DNA of 64,000 nucleotides from Octopus vulgaris (Eukaryota): NCBI GenBank assembly GCA_951406725.2, contig OX597824.1, positions 93,496,001 to 93,560,000 of the forward strand, read 5' to 3'. Shown piece by piece: positions 41,570 to 55,355 of this stretch (position 1 is its first letter; each line of letters starts with the position of its first letter). The notes under the pieces were generated by a model. It saw only the letters and a program-made list of their open reading frames with translations, ran no database searches and was not told where the DNA came from. The position numbers and the translations under genes were made by a program.

Positions 41570-42316
41570 GTAAGATTTACAAATTTACTTTTTCTTCTTT
41601 TCATATAAACTCTATGACATAAGATCTGTAATCTCTCTTAATCCCAAGTAATCTCTCGCAAGATCATCTTCAGATATTCACGAAACAACTTTATTTACTT
41701 CGGTTAAACCGGTTAAACGTAAGGAGAAGATAAACTTACAAGTTTTAGCTCCTCACGTTTCGAGTTCAAATGAAACTGAGTTGAACTTTGACATTTATCT
41801 TTTCTGAGTCGAGCGCTATAATAATTGCCAAACTAGCAATGGAGAATCTTCAGCACGCCCGATAAACAGCTAAACGGCATTCCTTCCGACTCTTTACATT
41901 TAGAGTTCGAATCCTGCCTAGATCAGCATTATCGCGTATCCCTCCGGGGGAAAAATACTGCGTTCATTATTATCGACTTGTCCACTTCCCTCAAATGTTG
42001 CTGACCTTAAACCCTGCAATGATCTGATGGCTGTTCAGAGAAATTTTGTGATCTCTGTCACTTAAATGGCATTGAAGAATGGTAATCGAATTTGGACACG
42101 AGGAAATTAAAGTAAAAACAATTATTGTATCGTTTATGAATTTATTTTTTGTAAGATTCCTGATGTGAAATCGTGTCTTGAAACATTGTTATACTTCGAG
42201 ACGGTCATTTCTTTTTTCTTTTTTTCATTTCTGCCAAATAAACACACGCACTATCCATTTGTTCTTCACTCGTTTATTATTGTTCATATTTTATCTTATA
42301 TCCACTGTCTGCCAAG

Positions 42317-42345
42317 AACGATTATATAGTGCGTGTGTTTATTTG
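42317..42345 (+). CDS. Candidate micro-exon (RLYS)ACVYL
   Basis: AG-free pyrimidine-rich stretch of >100 nt, acceptors at 42316 or 42329, strong donor TTG|GTAAGT. Phase 0 is compatible with the 47053 exon. Confidence 0.3.
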
Positions 42346-43640
42346 GTAAGTAAAAGATGGGACCATAGCAAAATAATTGTAACGGTCTTCTTTAACCTTC
42401 TATTTGTGGTTATGTAGTAAATCATTACGAGATAGGAGTTTGGTCAAATTATTACAACTGTGTTCGTATTGGTTCCCTAAGGACCGAATTCAAATCAAAA
42501 GAAGACTACCTTCACCTTTCATGATTTCGCTTTCGACACAAAAATGAACGCTATCAGATTGTTATTGTTGTAGTTGATGTCGTCGAATTCGTTTTGTCGT
42601 CATCGTTGTTGTTGTTGTTTTGGGGGCAATTATGTCAGTTGTATTCAGTCTCTTCTATCCTATTTTCTATTGTCATTGTGTTGGCAGAAAGGTCTGAGAT
42701 GGCCAACCGTTCCACAACCGTGGCTTTCCGACCGTCTGCCCTCCACAATTCCTCTTAGTTGCGCTCCGTTGCAGTATCAGTTCGTATCCTTTATGTTCTA
42801 GTCTCAAAACTCCTCATTCCAGGCTTAATACTCGAGCACACGGCCCCTCGTTCACCTCGCAAATCCTCATTAAATCAATGGCATAGAAAAGCCGGAAACA
42901 TTTTAGAGGGGTCTCATACTGAAACGCATTGAAAACTGCTGAAAATTAGCAAAGGAAGGAGGATCATATTCACAACAAATAACTGAAATAGATATGACAG
43001 ATATGTGGGGGCCACAGAGGTATAGTTTCAAATTGTAATGGAAACCCTATCATTTCACATATGACCAATGGCTTTAAACCAGGCAAACACGTCATTTAAT
43101 CCCGTTCCAAGATTATCTATGGCCTGCAAATTTCGTTCCTAGTTAATTAAACTATTGCAATGAATATGAATTCCATTTCTGAAATGTCAAAGTAGGAAAG
43201 TTAATCTGGGCCTGGATTGAAGCATCTGACGCCTCCCACGAAATTCCAGGCCCTTCCTGCTAAAATTTTAAACAATCGTGACTATTTTATTAATACTCCA
43301 ACAATCTTTTTACACAAAAAAAACCAACAAAATCACCCGCATAAATATACACACCTACGTACAACAGGGGAATATATTATTCAAAGATGTTACTTGAATG
43401 AAAAGTAATACTTAAATTACGTCTAGAACATTTAATGCACATTCTCTTATTCTTTAGAGGTAATTGCGTGTAATGTTGTTTGCAATACTTCGTCGTGCGT
43501 TTTTAACAGACCGTACAAGTTTCGGTTTTGACATGACATCGTCAGTACAGCAACAGAAGCCTTGTGTGAAATTTTTCGTATAGATATCCGAAAGTGTAAC
43601 ACTCATCAAAATAATTAAAATATACCAGCGTAGCCTTACA

Positions 43641-43940
43641 TTGTTCCTTCTCAAGCCATGCCTGGCTGATAGGGCTGGTTTCCCGGTTTCCTCGGCGTGT
43701 AGGTTCCCCACCTGGACGGGACGCCGGTCCGTCACAGGTTAGCTGCAAGATGCAGGAGGAAAGAATGAGAGAAAGTTGTGACGAAAGAGTCAGTAGAAGT
43801 TCGCCATTACCTTCTGCCGGAGCGACGTGGAGCTTAGGTGTTTTGCACATAAACACACACATCGCCCGGTCTGAGATTCGAACCCCCGATCCCCCGACTG
43901 TGAGTCCGCTGCTCTAAACACTAGGACATGTGCCTCCACA
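43641..43940 (-). mobile_element. tRNA-derived SINE family C, full length
   Basis: Minus-strand head ggaggcacatgtcctagtg...ggttcgaatctcag (A/B boxes) and a V-domain-like tgtgacggaccggcgtcccgtccagg. Confidence 0.88.
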
Positions 43941-44397
43941 GCGTTTACGTTAGTGACTCTCAATTACAAAGTCCAATGATTTTTAACAAATAAGAATTTT
44001 TTTTTTCCAAATTAAATGATGTCCTTCGGAGAAACTTTGATATTTGTTTGTAGACAAGACACAGCTTTGAAGATATTTCTGTTAATTGAAAATCATTGGC
44101 GTATTAGAGTCAATAACCGCCTTCGATAAGTTGGAAAAAAATCCACATACATTCAAAAGTAATTTCATGTAAATACGAATAGTATTACTTGAATAATTAA
44201 AAAGTTAATTATGTAAAAACATTAGTTAGTTTCCTTACCCCAGTATATTTTTTTGTTTTAATAATTTATACTATCCAAAGATAACACTTAACCGATTTAA
44301 TTACATTACTCTTTACACAATATTGCTCGTTAAGCTTACAGAGTATATCATTCTGAAGAGGTTTAATAAGCTGAAACATATCCATAGTTGTCATATA

Positions 44398-44800
44398 AGG
44401 CAGCGAGCTGGCAGAAACGTTAGCACGCCGGGCGAAATGCGTAGCCTTATTTCGTCTGCCGTTCCGTTCTGAGTTCAAATTCCGCCAAGATCGACTTTGC
44501 CTTTCATCCTTCCGGGGTCGATAAATTAAGTACCAGTTACGCACTGAGGTCGATATAATCGACTTAATCCCTTTCTCTGTCCTTGTTTGTCCTCTCTGTG
44601 TTTAGCCCCTTGTGGGTAGTAAAGAAATAGGTATTTCGTCTGTCTTTACGTTCTGAATACAAATTCCGCCGAAGTCGACTTGGCCTCTCATCCTTTCGGA
44701 GTCGATAAATTAAGTACCAGTTACGCACTGGGGTCAATCCATGTGTCTGACCTTGTTCGTCCCATCTGTGTTTAGCCCCTTGTGGGTAGTAAAGAAACAG
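44398..44800 (+). mobile_element. SINE family A dimer
   Basis: Head ggcagcgagctggcag with junction aaagaaatag|gtatttcgtc at ~44630. Confidence 0.9.
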
Positions 44801-45704
44801 AAACATATCCCTAGTTGTCATTTACCTAGAAAATAACAGGTAGACATTTTTATGAGTCTGTCAATTTTTAATTTCTCTGAATTTCTCCTCCCTTCTTTTT
44901 GAGGGTCGCTTAGAGCATTTTTAATTAAGAACACGTTGCGTAAAATGTTCCGCCCAACTCCCTTTCGGTTATCCAATGAAAACATTTTTTTCCATAGAAC
45001 TAATATAATTTTCCTTGAGGCATAATTAATTAAAGCTAACATTTTAATAGTTTATTTGTTTACGGTGTTAGCGCCAACTTAACTTAAAAAATAATTATAT
45101 TCGAGACAGCTATTTCGCAATATTTAAATAAAATTTATAACATTTTGAAATGATATCTATTTAAACAACTCAATGAAATTTATATAAGTTCAAGTGCCAT
45201 AAAAATGCCTTATGTAACAGAACGCTCTTTACAGAATTTTGCCAAGACTAACACATCTTTCCTTTTTACAATATTTGTATTTTTTCGTTATTTCCTTCTT
45301 GTTTACAATATTTGATTTCATATGCCTCCATTTCTAAGATGAATTCTCAGTAGAATTGAAGTTGGCGCTGAATATCTCGTGGTCGATAAAACGAGAGTTA
45401 GTGACACATTGAAAAATTCTAACAGGTGACGTTGCCATCTTTATCATTGTTTCATTAAGGCAAACAAACAGCAACAATTGATACAATATTTTTTGTTACG
45501 AAAATCGAAATCGTTGAACTGCATTGAGTTCCTTCCTAAGACTCGGTTTCGCTTCCTATGTTAGCTGATTCTTGTTCCATCGATACGTTCGGATAATTGT
45601 AGTGTATATATCTTGTCGGCCATAATTGCTAGCTATTCTAAATGCATTCCACACATGACAATCTACTCTGGATATATATATTTATATATATATATATATA
45701 TATA

Positions 45705-46460
45705 TATTTCGTCTGCCGTTACGTTCTGGGTTCAAATTCCGCCGAGGTCGACTTTACCTTTCATCTTTCAGGGTCGATTAATTAAGTACCAGTTGCGTAC
45801 TGGGTCGATCTAATAGGCTGGCCCCCTCTTCAAAATTTAGGGCTTTGTGACTAGAGCAGAAAAGAATATTTTTAAGGCGGCGAGCTGGCAGAAACGTTAG
45901 CACGCCGGGCGAAATGCTTAGCGGTATTTCGTCTGCCGTTACGTTCTGGGTTCAAATTCTGCCGAGGTCGACTTCACCTTTCATCCTTTCAGGGTCGATT
46001 AAATAAGTACCATTTACGCATTGGGGTCGATATAATCGACTTAATCTATTTGTCTGTCTTTATTTGTCCCCTCTGTGTGTAGCCCCTTGTGGGCAGTAAA
46101 GAAATAGGTATTTTGCTTGTCTTTACGTTCTGAGTTCAAATTCTACCGAGGCTGACTTTGCCTTTGATCCTTTCGAGGTCGATTAAATAAGTACCAGTTA
46201 TTCACTTGTATCGATGTAATCGACTCAATCCGTTTGTCTCTCCTTGTTTGTCCTCTCTGTGTTTAGCCCCTTGTGGGTAGTAAAGAAATACATATTTCGT
46301 TTGTCTCTACGTTCTAAATTCAAATTCCGCCGAGGTCGACTTTGCCTTTCATTCTTTCGGGGTCGATAAATTAAGTACCAGTTGCGTACTGAGGCCGATC
46401 TAATCGATTGAGCCCCCTCCCCCAAAACTTCGGGTCTTGTGTCTAGAGTAGGAAATGATA
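45705..46460 (+). mobile_element. SINE family A monomer plus trimer
   Basis: Four units, with junctions at ~46087 and ~46290. Confidence 0.9.
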
Positions 46461-47052
46461 TTTAGCACTTAAAATTACCATATTGAGTCTTCAAACTAGC
46501 TCAACGATTCTTCAGTAAGCCAGGATAATAATAATTTGAAATTATGGCACGAGTTTTGGAGCGAGTAGGTTAGTCGATACCATCAACTCTGCTACTTGTC
46601 TGGTATTCATTTTAATCTTCCCCAGAAGCAGAAAACCTGTAAATACAAAGTTGAATCTGGTGAAAGAATTCCTCCTACACGTTTCTTCTGACGCTTTAAC
46701 GACTCTACCAGGTCGTCGACTTTTATCTAAACTAATAATATAACCACTACCTTCCAAACCTACATAGACATCTTTTTCTTTTATTTTAAATCACAGACTT
46801 AATATTGAATGATAAACAAAACTTCCAAACTTATTGAATTTTTCAAAGAAATCTTTCTGCTGTCAGTATATAAAGAACAAAGTTAGTTTACCGAATTAAT
46901 ATATAAGGTACCTCAAATATTTTTGTGTTTGTTTTATTGTGCTTATTATATTAAAGAACGTTATATTGCTATAGAGTTTTTTTAGATCTTATTTTCTTAA
47001 TTTATTATATTTTCCTTTATTTTGGTATGTTTTTTTTTTATTTCTTTTTCAG

Positions 47053-47225
47053 TGCAGATATTTTGCAGAAAGACAAAATAACGAATTAGAATTTATTTCA
47101 AAACGCTTGAAGTATGTCGGCGATGATGTAAACCTTCTCTGGAAAACAGAGACAAATAGTAATTTTCGGCAAGCATTGCTTCTGCGTTACTCTTCCCGTA
47201 CTGTCTGGCGAAAAGCGGTCGTGGA
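47053..47225 (+). CDS. Candidate internal coding exon CRYFAERQNNELEFISKRLKYVGDDVNLLWKTETNSNFRQALLLRYSSRTVWRKAVV
   Basis: Long poly-T tract plus TTCAG acceptor, a single open frame over 173 nt of non-repetitive sequence, donor GA|GTAAGC. Confidence 0.5.
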
Positions 47226-47429
47226 GTAAGCAACACGATCATTAACAGCGACTGTTAAGCAAAGAGAGAGGTTCTGGTTCTAACTGCGACGAATGCCAGC
47301 CATAAACCATTCGAAAGCCACCCTTCTTTTCTATACCATTAAATTATATTTTGCAGAGTTTGAACTCCTGTAATCATTAATCTCCTGGATCAGGAATCAT
47401 ATGATCCTAAACAACAACAGCTCCTCGTA

Positions 47430-47621
47430 GAGGCGCAATGGCCCAGTGGTTAGGGCAGTGGACTAGCGGTTTTAAGAGCGCGCTTTCGATTCCCAGACCG
47501 GGCGTTATGAGTGCTTATTAAGCAAAAACACCTCAGCTCGACGAGGCTCCGGTGAGAAGTGGTGGTGAACCCCGCTGTCCTCTTTCACCACAACTTTCTC
47601 TCACTCTTTCTTCCTACTTCT
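47430..47621 (+). mobile_element. tRNA-derived SINE family D, 5' part
   Basis: gaggcgcaatggcccagtggttagggcag head shared with the copy at 63511. Confidence 0.85.
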
Positions 47622-47924
47622 GTCACAAAGCAGAGGAACCACGGTGTAACCCACTATGGTGTGGTAAAACTTTCAGACTCTAGTCTAGATTGCGAATCCT
47701 CTGTACCCCACGATGGTTCAGGTCTCCACCCGTTAAAAACCACCGTTTACGGAATGAGGATAACAACGTAGCTTTCGCGCCCGTGCAACCGCCAGTCTAT
47801 CACGTGTGGTGCGTGGATCTTCAAGTTGCCACACGCATTCTTAGAAGCTTAGAGAGGCTCGAATTATTCTTTGTGGCTAATGGCCTGATTCCTGATTGGA
47901 AGAAGAAGACAACAGCCCCCCTCC

Positions 47925-47961
<37 letters not shown>

Positions 47962-48029
47962 AACTATTACATAACATTGTTACTTAATCGAAGCGGTGCG
48001 AGATATCCTAATTAACACTTTTGTTTACA

Positions 48030-48960
48030 AATGACGCGTGGTGTAGTGGTTGAGCTGATCGGCTCACGGTCGTAAAATCGCAAGTTCGATTCTCGACAGC
48101 GCCTTGTGTCCTCCAACAAGACTCTTTCTTTCTTGTTGCTGCAGTCCACTCAGCCGGCAAAAATAAGTAGTACCTGTTATTCAAAGGGGTCAGCCTTATT
48201 ACATCCTTTGTCGCTCCAAATCTCCCTGAGAAGTACGTTAAGGGTACATGTGTTTGTGGAGTACTCGGCCAGATACACGTTAATTTCCTTAGCTGGCTGT
48301 TCCATTGATTGGTGATTGTTCCTTTGTTTCTACTACAGATACAGGAGCCTAACTCTGAGTTTCCGAGGTACGAAACGCAAAGATTACAAGTGAAGCAGTT
48401 GAAATCAGAACGTCAAATGCCGGAACAAGTGCCGTTATTTTATTATTCCGGCTCTTTACCTCCAAAATTCAAATACCGCCGATACCAACGATCACTTTTA
48501 ATCCTATAGGCTCATTAGTTCAAATGCTGGAGTCGATATTATTGATTAAGGTACATCTCAATGAGTCGATATCATTGATTGAAGGCGGCGAGCTGGCAGA
48601 AACGTTAGCACGCCGGGCGAAATGCCTTGTGGAATTTCGTCCACCGCTGCGTTCTGAGTTCAAATTCCACCGAGGTCGACTTTGCCTTTCATTCTTTCGG
48701 GGTCGATAAATTAAGTACCAGATACGCACTGGAGTCGATGTAATCGACTTAATCCATTTGTCTGTCCTTGTTTGTCCTCTCTGTGTTTAGCCCCTTGTGG
48801 GTAGTAAAGAAATAGGTACATCTCATTTTTGCCAACTGAGTGCACTGGGGCAACGTGAAGTAAAGTGTTTTGCTCATGGACACGACACGCCGACGGGGAT
48901 TGAACTAACAACCTTAGGATCGCCTGACCAATACCTTAACCACTAAGCCACGCATCTCCC
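48030..48960. mobile_element. Cluster of SINEs (family E-like +, family A +, family E-like -)
   Basis: tRNA-like head at 48030, family A copy at 48582-48818, reverse tRNA-like head at 48815-48960. Confidence 0.8.
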
Positions 48961-49174
48961 AAGCCACTCCATAAAGTGGTATTAAATTATATTGGAATGA
49001 TTAGAGATAATGAGATTATCCGTTCTATAGTGCTGTACTGATGACAGCATTTCATTGAAACTATTTGCATAACATATTTTCTGATAGCTACCCATAATGA
49101 GTCACGTGTCTCGAATAGGGATACACTGTATGTAAAAAGGGTGCAATATTTGTGTCCCCAAATTATCCATTATA

Positions 49175-49620
49175 TGTGTGTGTGTGTGTGTTTAATAGTT
49201 GAGTGTTTCATATATTATAGATATGGTATTTATATGATCCAACGCATGTGTTGGTTCGACAATGCGCATACGCATACACACAGATCCACACACACATTTA
49301 TGTATATACAGACACATATACAGTTCTATATTCTTATAATTACGTAATCACGTGTGTGTGTATGTATGTGTGTTTGTATGTATGCATGTGTGTGTTTAAC
49401 AGTTCAATGTTTCATATTGTATATATATATATATATATATCATGGTATTAATATGATCCAACGCATGTGTGGGTTAGACAGCACACACACATGCATACGC
49501 ACACGCACGCACGCACACATATTCACACACACATTTATGTATATACACACACCTATACATCTCTATATATACTTATATGTTCATATAATTACGTATTTAC
49601 AAACACGTGTGTGTGTATAG
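49175..49620 (+). repeat. Two-copy tandem duplication of a ~210-bp low-complexity unit
   Basis: tgtgtgtttaa..agtt..tgtttcatat..atatgatccaacgcatgtgt..cacacacatttatgtatatac..tataattacgta occurs twice. Confidence 0.8.
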
Positions 49621-49648
49621 TACACGCACGAGCATATGTAAACGTGTG

Positions 49649-49718
<70 letters not shown>

Positions 49719-50052
49719 TGTGTGTGTTTATGCATTCAGATGCACGATTGCATTAGATTCTAGGAATTCAAATATAACTACACATACACGAACACACACA
49801 TAAAAACATGCGTACAGAAACACACACACAACTGCAAACCCAAACACACACACAAACACACACACACTTATATTCATTATATATATGGAACTGTTCTCTA
49901 TAACATTTTGCTTGGCATTAATTAATTATTTACTGTTACAATGAATAGATGTATGAATATTTATATATATTTTACATTTTATAAAATGTATTCAAATCTA
50001 AATCTAATATTTAATTAGTTTTAAGTTTACGATATTTGTTGCCATACAACAG

Positions 50053-50152
50053 TCATTACTGCAGATTCTGCAGACAATATTTAAAATATCTGCAAAATTC
50101 CAGTAAAGCAACGCTTCCACAGGTATGCAGAGAGCGCCGCAGTGAACGATGA
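50053..50152 (+). CDS. Candidate last or internal exon (D)HYCRFCRQYLKYLQNSSKATLPQ(VCRERRSER*)
   Basis: CAACAG acceptor. Only the phase-2 frame stays open, matching the phase-2 end of the 47053 exon. Alternative donor CAG|GTATGC at 50123. Confidence 0.3.
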
Positions 50153-51960
50153 GTTTTCAATAATCAAGTAGATATGCGGCAGCGTGTTATAATACAAACA
50201 ATATTCATTATTCAAACTCTTCCGGCAATATATTGCACATTGTTGAAATCCGATAAATGCTTTCGGCAAAGTGCATTTATCTGTTTCATTACAGACAACT
50301 ATTTTTTTGTTGCTGCTGTTATTCTTATGGTTTTTTGTTTTGCTTTGTTTTGTTTTGTTTTGAGTGTTTGTTATTTATTTTTTTCGTATGCTTCAGAAAA
50401 GCTGTGAAGAACAGGTATTTAATGAAATTACGAAAACATAATGTAATATAGATATAAATCCTCTCACACTGTGTCTGTGTATATCTTTGTATATTCGAAT
50501 GTGAGGAAGAATCCAGCTGCACGAAACACTTTTCTCCATTTCTCCGCCATGTTTCCTCCATTATTTCACGACAAATAAACCAATGCATACATGCATTCAT
50601 AGATACATAGGTACATACATGCATGCAGTTACAAACACAGATATACATATATATATGAATGTGTATGTATGTGTAGTGTAAATAATATGAACAATAATGA
50701 ATGATAACGCAGGACACCTAATGTTTAACAAATAAGATAACAGCTTAACACATTTATAGAATATGGACACTGTTAACTTTTCGGACGTTAGTCTGTTATC
50801 AGACTAACGAGGGATGCGGAACCAGTGTGAGAAAGTACAATAGTATTTGAGAGAGAGTATATATATATAAATATATATATATACGTGTGTTTCAGATGAT
50901 CAATTGCATTTTCTTGCTCTCACAGGCCACACAGGCAAAAATCACCACTTTTGCAGTTTTTTGCACCAGGAAATGACATTTTCAACTTTCTCGTGCGGTT
51001 CGGCAAAAGCAACCGATAGAGTTACTATTAGGCTTCCAAAGAATAAGTCCTGGGGTCGATTTGCTTGACTAAATGCAGTGCTCCTGCATGGCCGCAGTCA
51101 AATGGCTGAAACAAGTACAACAGTAAAAAGAGTAAAAGAATATATATATATATGTATGTATCTATGTATGCATGTGTGTGTGTGTATGTATATATGTGTA
51201 AGTATGTTTGTATGCATATACATGGCCTACACTCTTCAACAGAAAGGAATAAGAGAAAATAAACAGAGAGAGATTGAAAAACAACACTTGTAGTTTTCAG
51301 CATTCTAAAACGGTGTATATAGATGTGCGTGTTTGTATTTCGTGTATATATTGAAAAATATCGAAGCGTACTCATAATAATTTTAGTATTACAATTAATC
51401 GGTGACATAACTGGGTCCATTAGCCTCGTCGCAGCGTAATGATACAACTTGAAAGCTGGATTTCAGAGAGTGTCTCTTTGTATAATGGAGCAACGAGAAA
51501 TTCGATGCTTTTGAGAGCTGATTCTGTGACCGCTCTAGCAATCGGAAATAAACACTATGGCCGTGAGATCAAAATTCTAACCGATACATCACACCTATAT
51601 AAATACACATATACATCCACACATAGAAAGTCATAAACAGGCAGACAAAGAGAGAGAGACAAATATGTACATCCATGCGTACCATCACCTCGCAGACAAT
51701 TCTCTTATGCTCCTATAAAGAAAGCATCCTTCATTAGATTTTCCATCTTGATTCCCAGGCGCGACTAACTTAGAGAATGTATATTATCCAACCATTTCAT
51801 TCTCGGTCTACATATAGGTCCCGCAATGCGGATGGTTGAAGCAGAGCTAACTGGCATCTGTGTGTGTGTATGTACGTGTACATATGTAAGTATGCATGTA
51901 TACACGTATATATATAGAGAGAGGGAGAGAGAGACAGACAGACAGAGAGAGAGAGAGAGC

Positions 51961-52017
<57 letters not shown>

Positions 52018-52265
52018 TATATTTACTGATGTAGAATCATACCGCAGTTCTATCGTTTCTCAAATTCAGTATAAGCATGCACACACACTTACGCAAACAG
52101 ATGTGTCTGTATATACATACATAGCTACATATATATACGTAATATATATGTACGCATGTATGTTTGTATGCTTATATATACGCACATAAATATATTTATA
52201 TAGATATATAAATTGATAAATAGATAGATAGCTAGATAAATAAATAGATAGATAGATAGATAAAC

Positions 52266-52328
<63 letters not shown>

Positions 52329-52539
52329 CAGATAGATAAATAGATAGATTGATAGATTGATTGATAGATAAATAGATATGTAGGTAGGTAGGTAGATAGG
52401 TAGGTAGGTAGATAGGTAGGTATGTAGGTAGGTAGATAGGTAGTTATAAATGTGCGATGGGTAAATTGTCGCATACGCATTGTTTGATTTTGAATTTGTC
52501 GAATACACAGTATGGTAGGGCCAGTTGAGTACCATTTTT

Positions 52540-53611
52540 GAGAAAAAAAAAAGCATCTTGACGCAATTCACTCTGCCAAAAATTTGGATACGACATGTTG
52601 TCTGCTTGGAATTCGAGTCAGAAGCTTCAATACGCTGATTTTAGGGCATTTGGTGTCAATCTGGATACATTGCAGAAGTTTCGGAAAGAATTGAATGTGT
52701 CTATAGTGAATGCGAAGGAAAGAACTCCAAAATTTATTAGCGAAATCCATTCCATCATTGACAACAATACCTCCGAGTCAATCAGGTCCATCACCAGGGA
52801 TATGGGAGTATCTGAGCTTCTTATGATGCAGGTAGTGCATAAAGGCATTCTCTATTCCTCATACAAGATGAGAAAGGACAAATTTCTATCTCAAGGACGA
52901 GTGAAAAGACCGCGCTACGAAGCTTTTGAACAAATGCAAGCATCCTCTCTGACCGAACATGATTTGGTTTTTCTCAGACAAGAACAATTTCTGCGAGAAT
53001 CATATGGTGAACACCCAGAACAACCGTTGGATTGCTGTGTCCCCAAAACATGTACCGAGAGTGATAATGATCAAACATCCAGTTGACATCATGGTGTTTG
53101 GAGTGATTACTAGTGATGGCGACGTTATATCCCCATTCATCTTCCCACACGGCTTCAGACTCAACTCCAAGACCAACATCAAATGCTGCCCTGAGTGGCT
53201 GCTGGAGGGCCCTATGTCTGGCAACAGGACTCTGCACTATGCCATACAGGCAGAACCCAAGCATGACTGTCAAACAAATTCTGCGACCACATCACCCCTA
53301 ACATCTGGCCACCCAACTCCCTAGACAGAACGAGAGACCAACAAAACTCCTTGTAGCTCTAAAGATGAACTGAAAACAAGGATTATGGCAGCATTCGCCA
53401 CCTTAAACAAGGAAACCGTCCAGAAGAATTGCAGAAGATTTCGAAGTCGTCTGCAGTCCATGGATGAAGCCATTGGCGATTTTATGGAACAAATTTACTC
53501 TGTAGAATCTTAAGATACTTTTATGTAATATTGGTAAATATATCTTTTGAAATGAGATGACAGTCTTATTTTCATTTTTGCGTAATGCAGACAGTTTCTT
53601 CGCCGACCCTG
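52540..53611 (+). mobile_element. Degenerate Tc1/mariner DNA transposon, DD37D (maT)-like transposase pseudogene with right TIR
   Basis: Across frameshifts: HTH region SIRSITRDMGVS, WFFSDKNNF, NTQNNRW, KHPVDIMVFGVITSDG, YVWQQDSALCH, IWPPNS (third-D block deleted), CRRFRSRL. Ends ...CGACCCTG|TA (CAGGGT-type TIR plus TA). Left TIR not found. Confidence 0.9.
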
Positions 53612-54179
53612 TATATGCATGTTGGTATATGAGTGTATATGTATATATGTGTATGTTTGTATGTACGTATGCATTTCTATATGTACGTTTGTATTTCTGT
53701 ATGTATGAGTGTATGCATGCATGTATGTATGTATGTATGTGTGTGTGTGTATGCTTATGCTTATCATCAAGAAGATATGTCGCTTTAAAATAACTCAGCG
53801 ATTTGACTGTCAAGATGTCGCTGAATATGGATGCCTGCACGACCTCTCGAACGCAAAGCAGTATGATATACATGGAGTTCATAGATTTCGTTCAAAGAAA
53901 GCCATGCAGGCTAGATTATAACATCGTTATTTAAGTAAGAACTTCACGACGTAGATGATTGATAGTCGCAGATTTAATTATGTCGAATATAAATTTAATC
54001 ACCTTCACTTAGATGCATTGGATGTTTTAACACATAACGTTTCGCAAAAGGTACGCTGTTCGTTATCATTTTCTTTTTTTTTTTAATTAGTAACGACTAT
54101 GCAGACAAGCACACACAAATGCTCACGTGAACACAACCTCGTTTATGGCTTCATGATACATATATATTACCATATATAG

Positions 54180-54285
<106 letters not shown>

Positions 54286-54395
54286 GTAGGTAGGTAGGTA
54301 GGTAGGTAGGTAGATAGATAGATAGGTAGATAGATAAACAGACAGACAGATAGAAAGATAGATACATACATACATACATAAATGGACAGACAAAC

Positions 54396-54484
<89 letters not shown>

Positions 54485-54551
54485 CATACATACATACATA
54501 CATACATACATACATACATACATACATAAATAGACAATACATAGATAGATG

Positions 54552-54607
<56 letters not shown>

Positions 54608-54804
54608 CATTGATAGATAAATAAATATATACTTACATATTTGTTAATATGTATTGCATATCTATAATGTAATATATATAAAACATATTTATAAGTATAT
54701 ATATATTTATATGTATATGTTAATCTATCCATCGATTTATATATGTGTGTGTGTGTGTCTGTCTCTCTTTAAATACATATTTATATATCTGTGTATATAT
54801 AAGA

Positions 54805-54854
<50 letters not shown>

Positions 54855-55221
54855 TTGCATGTTCAAATCATGGACACATATACACAGTAAGTATCAAAAC
54901 GTATTGACATAGCAGATTTATATCAACACATTAGATGCAAACTTTCTCTATCTTGAGATATATCTATCCGTCGGAGCGGTCGCGAACTTGCCTGCATAGG
55001 TATGTATGTGTGTGTATGTATGTATGTATATATATATATGCATATGTGTATATACATATATATATATATATATATTTATATATAGAGGGCATTATACATA
55101 CATGCCAGAAGGCATTATATATACATGCCAAACGCTAAGAGGGACAATTAGTCATTTCTACCAAAAAATATTACTAATCCCACCGAATGCAATTTTTCAA
55201 AGTAAGACATTTAAAAAATAT

Positions 55222-55269
55222 AGACCTGTATCACAGTGATTTCATACTTACGTACTCATCAGCAGGCCT
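55222..55269 (-). ncRNA. Type I hammerhead ribozyme, mirror copy
   Basis: Exact reverse complement of 55308-55355. Confidence 0.8.
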
Positions 55270-55307
55270 GAATGCATTATAAATAAACAACGCATTATAA
55301 TGCATTC

Positions 55308-55355
55308 AGGCCTGCTGATGAGTACGTAAGTATGAAATCACTGTGATACAGGTCT
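55308..55355 (+). ncRNA. Type I hammerhead ribozyme
   Basis: AGGCCTG-CTGATGA-GTAC-GTAA-GTAT-GAAA-TCA-CTG-TGA-T-A-CAGGTCT: 7-bp stem I, canonical core, stem II with GNRA loop, stem III and AUA triplet. Predicted cut after 55348. Confidence 0.8.

Noticed and set aside
47621-47925. Possible solo LTR starting TGTCAC
   Set aside because: No clear CA end, target-site duplication, primer-binding site or second copy in the window.
42310-50152. Insulin-like assignment (CQERLYSACVYL|C has B-chain C-x11-C spacing; RK-AVVD resembles an A-chain start) or CHH-like similarity
   Set aside because: The A-chain CC-x3-C-x8-C pattern is absent, intron positions do not fit, and no in-frame start includes the first Cys. 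CHH cysteines are missing.
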